From the NCBI GenBank assembly GCA_049583675.1, contig JBAUWG010000584.1, positions 1 through 44,271 on the forward strand: a stretch of 44,271 bases of DNA, in the 5' to 3' direction. Positions 17,117 to 24,863 of the stretch are shown piece by piece (position 1 is the stretch's first letter; every line of letters begins with the position of its first letter). Position numbers and translations under genes: made by a program. The DNA comes from Desulfobacterales bacterium (GTDB lineage: Bacteria; Desulfobacterota; Desulfobacteria; Desulfobacterales; UBA11574). A model generated the notes under the pieces. It saw only the letters and a list, made by a program, of their open reading frames with translations, was not told where the DNA came from and ran no database searches.

Positions 17117-18970
17117 TTATTTAATGAGTATGGCATCGAATTTACAGGCATCGTAACAGATGCCGCACTTTATGCATTTTTCCACGTCTAAAAGGTGCGG
17201 TTTTTTCTTTTCACCGGTAATGGCTCCGTCGGGACATCGTTTTGCACAAAGGGCGCAGCCGGTGCAGGCTTCTTCATCAATCTCATAATGAAACAAAGGT
17301 TTACACACGCCCGCAGGACATTTTTTGTCTTTGATGTGGGCTTCATATTCATCCCGGAAATAGAGTATCGTCGTCAGCACGGGATTGGGGGCCGAAGTCC
17401 CCAGTCCGCAAAGTGAAAACTTTTGAATCATCATCCCAAGATTTTCCAAAAGCTCGATATCGCCTTCTTTGCCGTTTCCTTGGCAAATATCGGTCAGGAT
17501 ATCCAGCATCGCCGTAATCCCCTCACGGCAGGGATTACATTGACCGCAAGATTCTTCTTTTAGAAAATCCAGAAAATATCGGGCCACGTCCACCATGCAT
17601 GTGTCCTGATCCATCACAATCATGCCGCCGGAGCCCATGATGGAACCGACCTTTGTCAGCTCATCAAAATCGACCCCCAAATTTAAAAATTGTTCCGGAA
17701 TGCATCCTCCCGACGGTCCCCCGGTCTGGACGGCTTTGAATTTCTTTTTGTTTGGAACCCCGCCGCCGATGTCGTAAATAATCGTGCGCAGCGTCGTCCC
17801 CATCGGCACTTCGACCAACCCCGTGTTTGTGACCTTGCCGACCAGTGAAAAGATTTTGGTGCCTTTGCTTCTCTGAGTTCCGATGGCAGCATACCAATCC
17901 GCACCCTTGTCGATAATCACCGGCACATTGGCCCAGGTTTCGACGTTGTTCAAATTCGACGGGTTATTTCGGAATCCTTTTTCTACGGTATGGATGTATT
18001 TGGCCCGGGGTCGTCCGGGCATCCCCTCCAGAGACGCCATCAATGCGGTGGATTCACCGCACACAAAAGCGCCCCCGCCGCGACTGATATGAATGTTTAA
18101 ATCGAATCCAGAGCCCATGATATTCTTGCCCAGAAATCCGAGTTCTTCAGCTCGCCGCAAGGCAATAGATAAATTTTTTACCGCCAGCGGATATTCGTGT
18201 CGTACATAGACATAGCCTTCATTGGCGCCGATGGCAACGGCACCGATAATCATACCTTCCAAAACCAAATGAGGGTTGCCTTCCAAGAGACTGCGATCCA
18301 TATAAGCGCCGGGATCGCCTTCATCGGCATTGCAGATGACATACTTGTCGCCGTCATGCCTGCGACAGGTTTCCCACTTGATGCCGGTGGGGAAACCACC
18401 GCCGCCGCGACCCCTCAAGCCGGATTTTTTGACTTGATCGACAATTTCTTCGGGCGTCATATCAAACACTGCTTTTTCAAGCGCTTTATATCCGCCCACC
18501 GCAATATAGTCTTCAATGCTGGTAGGGTCGATGGCGCCGTTATTCCCAAAAATAATTCTCTGCTGAAGTTTGTAAAAAGAAACATCCTTTTCATGTATAA
18601 TTTTTTCTTTTGTCGCAGGATCCTTATAAACGAGCGACGGAACCAGTTCCCCATTCTTGATAGTTTTTTCAACAATTTCAGGAATATGTTCCTCTTTAAT
18701 TTGTGGATAAAATATGCCTTCCGGATGAATCACCAAAATCGGTCCTTTCTCGCAGAAACCGTGGCAACCTGAAAGCTTTACATCCACCTCCTTTTCCAAA
18801 CCATGCTTGGCCAACTCTTGAATTAACGAATCATGCACTTTTGCAGTTCCATAGGCACCACATCCCGAACCTGCACAAAGAGAAATTAATTTCTTTTTCC
18901 GGCTTTTTTGTTCAGTCAAAAGAGAGTTTCGATATGACTCCAGTGCCAATCTATTTTCTAATTTTGCCAT
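17117..18970 (-). CDS. NuoF/HydB-like NAD(P)H-binding FMN flavoprotein with N-terminal 2Fe-2S and C-terminal 2x4Fe-4S domains (Bfu/HndC architecture)
   Basis: 617 aa. Motifs: a thioredoxin-like 2Fe-2S domain (CAGSGCGAYG...SGCHGFCEKGP), GLRGRGGGGFPTGIKW, ICNADEGDPGAYMDR, ESCGQCNPCREG, and terminal CTGCALCAKRCP and CIKCGICYDACK. Confidence 0.9.
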   Translation of the reverse strand: MAKLENRLALESYRNSLLTEQKSRKKKLISLCAGSGCGAYGTAKVHDSLIQELAKHGLEKEVDVKLSGCHGFCEKGPILVIHPEGIFYPQIKEEHIPEIVEKTIKNGELVPSLVYKDPATKEKIIHEKDVSFYKLQQRIIFGNNGAIDPTSIEDYIAVGGYKALEKAVFDMTPEEIVDQVKKSGLRGRGGGGFPTGIKWETCRRHDGDKYVICNADEGDPGAYMDRSLLEGNPHLVLEGMIIGAVAIGANEGYVYVRHEYPLAVKNLSIALRRAEELGFLGKNIMGSGFDLNIHISRGGGAFVCGESTALMASLEGMPGRPRAKYIHTVEKGFRNNPSNLNNVETWANVPVIIDKGADWYAAIGTQRSKGTKIFSLVGKVTNTGLVEVPMGTTLRTIIYDIGGGVPNKKKFKAVQTGGPSGGCIPEQFLNLGVDFDELTKVGSIMGSGGMIVMDQDTCMVDVARYFLDFLKEESCGQCNPCREGITAMLDILTDICQGNGKEGDIELLENLGMMIQKFSLCGLGTSAPNPVLTTILYFRDEYEAHIKDKKCPAGVCKPLFHYEIDEEACTGCALCAKRCPDGAITGEKKKPHLLDVEKCIKCGICYDACKFDAILIK

Positions 18971-19000
18971 GGTATTATATAACCTCCGTACCCATGCCGC

Positions 19001-19486
19001 TTAAGAAACGTGTTGGTTATCATATTCATCGATGATTTTTACCACACTGGAACGGTTTAAGCCTCCGTGGGTATTCTGATTGACGGTGATAACCGGCCCG
19101 GAGGCGCAGCACCCGACACATCGAACAGCTTCAAGGGTAAACAGATGATCATCGGTGGTTTCGCTCTCTTTGACATGGAGGCGATTTTCCAACGCTTCCA
19201 TAATTTTTTCAGCACCTCGTACATGGCACGCCGTGCCGGTGCAGACGCTGACGATGTATGTTCCGCGAGGTTCAAGGCTGATCGTCTTATAAAAGGTGGC
19301 AACGCTGTAAACCAGGCTTGGCTTTATGCCAAGCTTATCGACCAGAACAGATACCACTTCCGGCGGAACATAGTGATAAATGTCACTGATATCCTGCATT
19401 ATCATCAACAAGGCTTCACGATCATTATGATACGCTTCGATAATTTCGTCTATCTTCTGCCAATCGATGTCCATTTTATTTTCCAT
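19001..19486 (-). CDS. NuoE/HydC-like 2Fe-2S thioredoxin-fold subunit
   Basis: 161 aa with ALLMIMQDI..YVP, VCTGTACHVRGAEKI and CVGCCASGPVITVN motifs. A GGGG-type RBS lies upstream. Confidence 0.9.
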   Translation of the reverse strand: MENKMDIDWQKIDEIIEAYHNDREALLMIMQDISDIYHYVPPEVVSVLVDKLGIKPSLVYSVATFYKTISLEPRGTYIVSVCTGTACHVRGAEKIMEALENRLHVKESETTDDHLFTLEAVRCVGCCASGPVITVNQNTHGGLNRSSVVKIIDEYDNQHVS

Positions 19487-19619
19487 AATGGAACACCCCT
19501 TATCAATTGAGGCAAAAAAGGTTAAATTTCACATAACATATTCAGTCAAGATTGTTCGAACAAGCAAAACGGGATTTGAGAACAAATAAAAATTATTACA
19601 GATAGTAACAGCAATATAA

Positions 19620-20003
19620 TTAACCGTGTGCCTGATACATCACCGGACAGTTTTCAACGCAATTACCGCATCCCGTGCAAAGGTCCATGTTGATGCTGCG
19701 AGCATGCTTTCTAACCTTTACTTTAAAATGCCCTGCAGATCCTTCAACAGATTCTAGATCCGCATATGTGATAATCTCAATATTCAGATGCCGGCCGACC
19801 TCGACCAGTTTCGGGGAGATAATTCACATGGCGCAATCATTGGTGGGGAACGTCTTGTCCAGTTGGGACATTACCCCGCCGATGGAAGGGGATTTTTCTA
19901 CGAGATAGACGTAATATCCTGCGTTGGCGAGATCCAGAGCGGATTGCATCCCTGCAATTCCACCCCCTAAAACCAGAACCGATCCGATTACATCATTGGC
20001 CAT
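19620..20003 (-). CDS. hdrA: HdrA N-terminal fragment protein (FAD GxGxxG fold plus Sec site plus one 4Fe-4S motif), selenocysteine-containing; not in the supplied ORF track
   Basis: Codon-by-codon translation of the minus strand from ATG 20003 gives [60 protein letters not shown](TGA 19826-19824)[70 protein letters not shown](19622-19620). The RBS GGAGGA (20016-20011) lies 7 nt upstream. The context TFPTxDCxM-U-I matches the known HdrA Cys/Sec position. Confidence 0.8.
19791..19808 (-). promoter_or_regulatory. SECIS-like hairpin for the hdrA-fragment UGA
   Basis: The minus-strand RNA is CUGGUCG-AGGU-CGGCCGG. It forms a 7-bp stem (2 G.U pairs) with a GGU-containing tetraloop, starting 15 nt after the UGA. 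Confidence 0.6.
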
Positions 20004-20326
20004 CGTTCGATCCTCCTTAAAAAGAACGGTGTTGAGGGAATTCCCCTTATTGTTGTTGAAAAAATCAAAGGTTTTACCTATAAGAAATAGTAAAATTTGT
20101 CAATAAAATTCTATGGGTAAGACAATGTGATATGCCCGGAAGTCTCTGTTTTCACATAAAAGACTGATTGCTGAAGAATTGGATCCGAGAGTCCGGTCAA
20201 TATTTTGTTTTTTTGCAGTCGTTTTTCTTTTTGTGAAACCGTATCTTTCAATTGGATGGAAATTATGCTACAAGTCCTCTATTTGAATGAAAGGGTATAT
20301 ATAAACATTATTTTAAAGGTTCTATC

Positions 20327-20965
20327 ATGACACAAAATGACGATGACAGGATGGATAGGTTTGGGCCGGATCCGAATGATGTTAATGATAACGAGCAATA
20401 TTCGCTATTCAAAGAGAAAAGGAAAGTGAACTTCGGACCGAACTCTCCCAAAATTTCTCAAAAAATCCCTTTTTCGAAATTGGGTGTCGGATTTTTAATG
20501 CTGATAATTTTAGTGCTTTTGTTGTTTGTTAGAAACAAGATGGCCGGGTTTGAAAACAGGATCAATGCATTGGAACATCGTGTAAAGAGTGTTGAAGAAA
20601 AAGATCAGCAGCTGGATGCAATACGTTACGGTATGGCAAAAATGGGAGAACTGTCCCAATCGGTCGAACAGCTTAATGTCCGCTTGGATCACTCTGAAAA
20701 AAGTTTGACGTCTAGGATGGACCAGATTTCAAAAGCATTTGAAATGCTCAAACAACAGACTCTCAAGGAAGGAATACGAAAAGAAAAACCGTCAAAAACA
20801 TCCAAAAACGCGGCGAGGAACCGCTATCACATTGTTAAATCCGGTGAAACACTCTATACCATTGCCCGCCGGTATGGCGTGACAGTGAAAGAATTACAAA
20901 AAATCAATAAACTGAGTGGCGGCGGCGTCATACATACGGGTCAAAAACTTTTAATAAATCCTTGA
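20327..20965 (+). CDS. LysM domain-containing membrane-anchored protein
   Basis: 212 aa. It has one TM segment (VGFLMLIILVLLLFV), a coiled-coil-like middle region and a C-terminal LysM domain (YHIVKSGETLYTIARRYGVTVKELQKINKLSGGGVIHTGQKLLI). Confidence 0.8.
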   Translation: MTQNDDDRMDRFGPDPNDVNDNEQYSLFKEKRKVNFGPNSPKISQKIPFSKLGVGFLMLIILVLLLFVRNKMAGFENRINALEHRVKSVEEKDQQLDAIRYGMAKMGELSQSVEQLNVRLDHSEKSLTSRMDQISKAFEMLKQQTLKEGIRKEKPSKTSKNAARNRYHIVKSGETLYTIARRYGVTVKELQKINKLSGGGVIHTGQKLLINP

Positions 20966-20981
20966 GCCCCGTCTTTGATCT

Positions 20982-21179
20982 TTACTCGAAAAAGACCTTA
21001 TTCTTATCGGAAATTTTATATCCTAAAGCCAAAAGTATTTTACGCTTTGTTTCCATTCTGCAAGGCATCCCCTGTTCGATTCTTGTGATGGTGATGGGTG
21101 ATATCCCGGCTTTTCTGGAAAGCTCGGCTTTACTCATCATCAATGATTCTCTGATTTTTTTTAGGTGATTTTTGCTCAT
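20982..21179 (-). CDS. XRE-family helix-turn-helix transcriptional regulator
   Basis: 65 aa. LKKIRESLMMSKAELSRKAGISPITITRIEQG is a canonical HTH_XRE segment. Confidence 0.8.
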   Translation of the reverse strand: MSKNHLKKIRESLMMSKAELSRKAGISPITITRIEQGMPCRMETKRKILLALGYKISDKNKVFFE

Positions 21180-21260
21180 GTCGGAAAAATTTCCACTGTC
21201 TTGTCTTTTCCTATAATTAACAGTTATATCATAAACTTGTATTTCTTTTATGTCAAGTAG

Positions 21261-21285
21261 AATTATATATAAATTATATATAATT
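21261..21285. repeat. 25-nt AT palindrome / 11-nt tandem duplication upstream of the XRE gene (candidate operator)
   Basis: AATTATATATAAATTATATATAATT equals its reverse complement except at the central base. It also reads as AATTATATATA repeated twice. It lies 82-106 nt upstream of the XRE start, within a 440-nt AT-rich spacer. Confidence 0.4.
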
Positions 21286-21619
21286 TTATTGAATTAGGAT
21301 ATATTGTATTTCACTAAAATAAGTTGCCATATATTGTGCCCATTTAAATCAATATGCCCTTTTAAACCGGTTTGAGCAAATGATACGTTATCTTAAATCC
21401 TCGCATAGTTGCCATTAAAACTCCCCGACTCCTCTTTGACGTGACGTTGCGATGGATGATATCAGGGCATTTAAAGGTCGATTTTTTGTTATCCACATCC
21501 ATACAATTCATTTAAGTTTTTAATCAGGATGTCGATAAATTGAATAGATCGAACACTGCTTGGTTTTTGAGAAAATGCTGTTTTTAAAGTAAATTTATTT
21601 ATAGGGTAATGGTCTGCCG

Positions 21620-22501
21620 TTGGAATACCGTCATCGATTAACAATACTCGAGCATTATATCACGGAATTGCCGCCCTTCCCTTCAACCATTGACAAAGTC
21701 ATGGAAATCTGCGCTGAGTCAAACACCTCGCCGATAGATTTGACCAAAGTCATCAGTCTGGATCCTGTGCTGACGGGAAAAATTATGCAATTGGTCAACT
21801 CGGCCTATTTTGGTCTCTCCCGCGAAATCATCTCTTTGGTTCGAGCGGTTATTATGTTGGGGATGAATACCGTTAAAAATCTGGTTCTGGGCGCTACCGT
21901 GTTAAACACCTTTGGAAAACGCCAAAACTTTCGTGCCTTGAACATGGATATGTTCTGGGAACACTCCCTAGGCGTCGGGGTAATTGCCAAGTTGATTGCC
22001 AAAAAGCGCGACATAGATAAAAGGCTGCTGGAAGGATACTTCATTGCAGGGCTTTTGCATGATATCGGTAAAATACCACTAAACAGCAAATTTTCAAATG
22101 AATACATGAATATCTTAGACGTTCCGGGGAAAGAATCTCAACCGCTTTTTATTTCTGAAAAAAGACTTTTGGGAGTTGATCATACCCACGTCGGAAACCT
22201 TATTGCTGATAAGTGGAAACTGGGGGAAGAAATTTCGGATACCATCACATTTCATCACGCCTCCGAAACATATGAAGGTTTCCAGAATGATATTCTTTTT
22301 ACCGTTATTCTCTCGGACTATTATGCAAATAGCGCCCAAATCGGTTTTTCCGGAAATCACCATATGGAAAACGTCTGCCCTGAAGCGTTACAATATCTTG
22401 CGGATAACGCGGATTTTTCTTTTTATGACATCGATGCGTTTAACGGCGAAGTTGAGCAGGAGATAGAAAAGGCCCAAATATTTTTAAAAGTTGCCGGGTG
22501 A
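21620..22501 (+). CDS. HDOD domain-containing signalling protein
   Basis: 293 aa. LPPFPSTIDKVMEICAES..SPIDLTKVISLDPVLTGKIMQLVNSAYFGLSREIISLVRAVIMLGMNTVKNLVL and GLLHDIGKI match the HDOD / HD-related fold. The track start is TTG and the true start is uncertain. Confidence 0.8.
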   Translation: MEYRHRLTILEHYITELPPFPSTIDKVMEICAESNTSPIDLTKVISLDPVLTGKIMQLVNSAYFGLSREIISLVRAVIMLGMNTVKNLVLGATVLNTFGKRQNFRALNMDMFWEHSLGVGVIAKLIAKKRDIDKRLLEGYFIAGLLHDIGKIPLNSKFSNEYMNILDVPGKESQPLFISEKRLLGVDHTHVGNLIADKWKLGEEISDTITFHHASETYEGFQNDILFTVILSDYYANSAQIGFSGNHHMENVCPEALQYLADNADFSFYDIDAFNGEVEQEIEKAQIFLKVAG

Positions 22502-22511
22502 GGAGGTAACC

Positions 22512-23432
22512 ATGAAGCTTCGCTTCTGGGGAGTACGCGGCTCTATTGCATACCCCGGACCGAGTACGGTGGAATTCGGGGGCAACACCCCATGTTTGGA
22601 ATTGCGGTTCAGTGAAAAAAACAGGCTCATCATTATCGATGCCGGAACCGGAATTCATCCGCTGGGAAATCGTCTGGTATCAGAAGATATCAAGGACGGT
22701 CCCATAGCTGCCGAGATATTCATAACCCATACTCACTGGGACCATATCATCGGGTTTCCTTTTTTCAGACCCATATATATTCCGGGTACGAAACTGAATG
22801 TCTACGGACCGATAACCTTCGAAGATGATTCCCTTGAAAAAATTATCGGCGATCTTTTGCGGTACCGTTACTTTCCGGTACTTCATGGTGAGCTTAGGGC
22901 AAATATCAAGTACTTTCAGCTTGGTGAATGCAAAATGGATCTTGGCGACGGGATCATTCTGAAAACAAAATATCTGAATCATCCGCTGCTTTGCCTCGGA
23001 TACCGATTTGAATTTGACGGCAAAGTACTATGTACCGCCTACGACACGGAACCGTTTAGGAACATCTTTTCCACGGACGAAAAAGCTCCGGATTTTGATC
23101 CTGTCGTTCGTGCTGAAGGAGAAGAGGCAGCCCGTAAGGAAAATGAAAAATTACTCGATTTTTATCGAGATGCAGATATCCTCATCCATGATTGTCAATA
23201 CACCAGGGAAGAATACATTTCATCAAAAATAGGCTGGGGGCATTCATTTTTTGAACAGGCCATTGATTCCGCTCGCGCGGCCAATGTTAAAAAAGTCGTT
23301 CTTTTTCATCACGATCCTCTGCGGACCGACAAGGAATTGATGGCACTTGAAAAATACTGCCGGGAGCTTGTAAACAATCAATGGGATCTAAAAGTCGTGG
23401 TGGCCAAGGAAGGGATGGAAATTGAGCTTTAA
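22512..23432 (+). CDS. MBL-fold metallo-hydrolase
   Basis: Track ORF 22491..23432. The preferred start is ATG 22512 (MKLRFWGVRGS), after GAGGAGG. Motifs: ITHTHWDHIIGFPFF (HxHxDH), HDCQYT and LFHHDP. Confidence 0.85.
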   Translation: MKLRFWGVRGSIAYPGPSTVEFGGNTPCLELRFSEKNRLIIIDAGTGIHPLGNRLVSEDIKDGPIAAEIFITHTHWDHIIGFPFFRPIYIPGTKLNVYGPITFEDDSLEKIIGDLLRYRYFPVLHGELRANIKYFQLGECKMDLGDGIILKTKYLNHPLLCLGYRFEFDGKVLCTAYDTEPFRNIFSTDEKAPDFDPVVRAEGEEAARKENEKLLDFYRDADILIHDCQYTREEYISSKIGWGHSFFEQAIDSARAANVKKVVLFHHDPLRTDKELMALEKYCRELVNNQWDLKVVVAKEGMEIEL

Positions 23433-23484
23433 CGTGTAACTGATGTTAGCGGTCTATGATGGCGATAAAACTAAAGCGCTCCGC

Positions 23485-23739
23485 TTATTCGCCGGGCTCC
23501 TGAGAGTAGCCTTCAACATGGATGATGTTTTTTCCCTCTTTACACTGAACGGTTCCGTATAACTCCACTTGCTGTCGAAGCATCTTAATCATTTCTTTGC
23601 TTTTGATGTTTTTTACAATAATGTATTCGTTTTCGTCATCTGCATAAAGGGCGATATCTTGAACACTTCCGTTTTCATCCCATTTGACAGGAAGTAAAAC
23701 GCCTTTAATTTTTTTAAAAGATCCTTCCATGTTATCCAT
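23485..23739 (-). CDS. Hypothetical small protein (84 aa)
   Basis: Clean ORF with no overlapping alternative. I recognise no family. It lies downstream of a strong terminator, so it probably has its own promoter. Confidence 0.5.
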   Translation of the reverse strand: MDNMEGSFKKIKGVLLPVKWDENGSVQDIALYADDENEYIIVKNIKSKEMIKMLRQQVELYGTVQCKEGKNIIHVEGYSQEPGE

Positions 23740-23856
23740 TTTGATACGGCATAATTTTATTGTTTAAGCCATCATCAATGTTCATTAATGAATCAATCAA
23801 AGAAATTTTATGGTCCATAAAATCAGCTTACAGTGGCCGAAATCCTTTTAAATCAA

Positions 23857-23904
23857 TTCGCCGGCGGCGGGGGGGGGGATATATTCCCCGTCGCCGCCGG
23901 CGAA
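23857..23904. terminator. GC-rich hairpin terminator downstream of hup
   Basis: TTCGCCGGCGGCG(GGGG...) pairs with (CCCC)GTCGCCGCCGGCGAA. There are at least 13 perfect G+C-rich bp plus a G/C extension around an ATATATT loop, 60 nt after the hup stop. Confidence 0.75.
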
Positions 23905-23964
23905 AGGAGGAAAGGAAATCATCGCTTCGGGCAATTAACCCCACGACCCCGATCGCTCAGATGC

Positions 23965-24234
23965 TTATTTTACAGCTTCTTTTAAAACTTTGCCCGGAAC
24001 GAATTTCGGAGCCTTGGTCGCCTTAATATCTATTTCTTCGCCGGTTGCGGGGTTGCGGCCTTTTCTGGCTTTTCTTTTGATGACTTTAAATGTGCCAAAG
24101 CCCACTAACGTAACGTCCTGTCCTTTTTTGAGTGTTTTAGTAACCGAGTCCAGCACACAATCCACGGCTGCCTGCGCTTCTTTTTTTGTGCTGACGACTT
24201 TTGCCACTTCATTGATCAAATCTCCTTTGTTCAT
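23965..24234 (-). CDS. hup: HU-family nucleoid DNA-binding protein
   Basis: 89 aa. MNKGDLINEVA...VTLVGFGTFKVIKRKARKGRNPATGEEIDIKATKAPKFVPGKVLKEAV is the canonical HU/IHF signature. Confidence 0.95.
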   Translation of the reverse strand: MNKGDLINEVAKVVSTKKEAQAAVDCVLDSVTKTLKKGQDVTLVGFGTFKVIKRKARKGRNPATGEEIDIKATKAPKFVPGKVLKEAVK

Positions 24235-24297
24235 ACCATCTCCTTTACCAATTTTCGTGAAAAGTTATTCCATTGATGCGCTTTTTTGCATTGTTCA

Positions 24298-24660
24298 CTA
24301 TGTGCCGGTCAGCCGCTCCTTGGCTTCTATTCGGGTTTTACATTTAATGCAATGATGGGCAACAGGTCGGGCTTTCAGCCGTTCGATGGAAATATCATCA
24401 CCACATCTTTGGCAGATCCCGTATTCACCGTTTTTGATGTCTGCCAATGATTGCCTGATTTTGTTAATCAGGATGCTTTCTCGGTCAAGGATACGCAGTT
24501 TAAAGTCGTGGGTTGACTCGAAAGTGGCGCGATCGAGCAGATCCGGCATGGACGATTCTGATTCTAATAATCCACCCACTGAATCATCGGCATGATGCAA
24601 TAGTTCGTGGAGCCAATTCTCCAAGATATTTTTAAAATAGGTCAGTTGTTTTTGATTCAT
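24298..24660 (-). CDS. dksA: DksA/TraR-family C4 zinc-finger RNA-polymerase-binding regulator
   Basis: 120 aa with a coiled-coil N-terminal part containing acidic residues, followed by CQRCGDDISIERLKARPVAHHCIKCK (C4 finger). Confidence 0.85.
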   Translation of the reverse strand: MNQKQLTYFKNILENWLHELLHHADDSVGGLLESESSMPDLLDRATFESTHDFKLRILDRESILINKIRQSLADIKNGEYGICQRCGDDISIERLKARPVAHHCIKCKTRIEAKERLTGT

Positions 24661-24680
24661 TCTTCATCAAGTCCCGGTAA

Positions 24681-24848
24681 TTATTTTCCCCACAAATCGT
24701 CATCAAATTCACTGAAGTTATTTTCATGTATAATATGGTTTTGGCCCAAATCATCATCGAATTCGAATATATCAAGTTCATCTGAATAAGCATTGAAGTG
24801 AGAATCTAACGCATATTTTGAAAAATACAATCTGTCGCTGGGATTCAA
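24681..24848 (-). CDS. Candidate 55-aa acidic small ORF between the zinc-ribbon gene and dksA
   Basis: It is not in the track because it is shorter than 60 aa. TTG 24848 lies 9 nt after GGAG (24861-24858) and the stop is TAA 24683-24681. The translation is (M)NPSDRLYFSKYALDSHFNAYSDELDIFEFDDDLGQNHIIHENNFSEFDDDLWGK, which contains a duplicated FxEFDDDL motif. It fills an otherwise empty 203-nt gap. The non-ATG start and lack of a family match keep confidence low. Confidence 0.3.
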   Translation of the reverse strand: MNPSDRLYFSKYALDSHFNAYSDELDIFEFDDDLGQNHIIHENNFSEFDDDLWGK

Positions 24849-24863
24849 ATCTTGATTCTCCTT

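Noticed and set aside
20098-20103. A sigma-70 promoter for the redox operon: TTGACA on the minus strand, about 95 nt upstream of ATG 20003.
   Set aside because: The -35 element is perfect, but no convincing -10 hexamer lies at 16-18 nt (the best candidates are TATAGG and TAGGTA). It is not reported as a feature.
19675-20106. Plus-strand track ORFs 19675..19908, 19788..19970 and 19924..20106.
   Set aside because: They are antisense to the Sec-containing hdrA fragment, whose translation carries unambiguous HdrA motifs. The plus-strand products have none.
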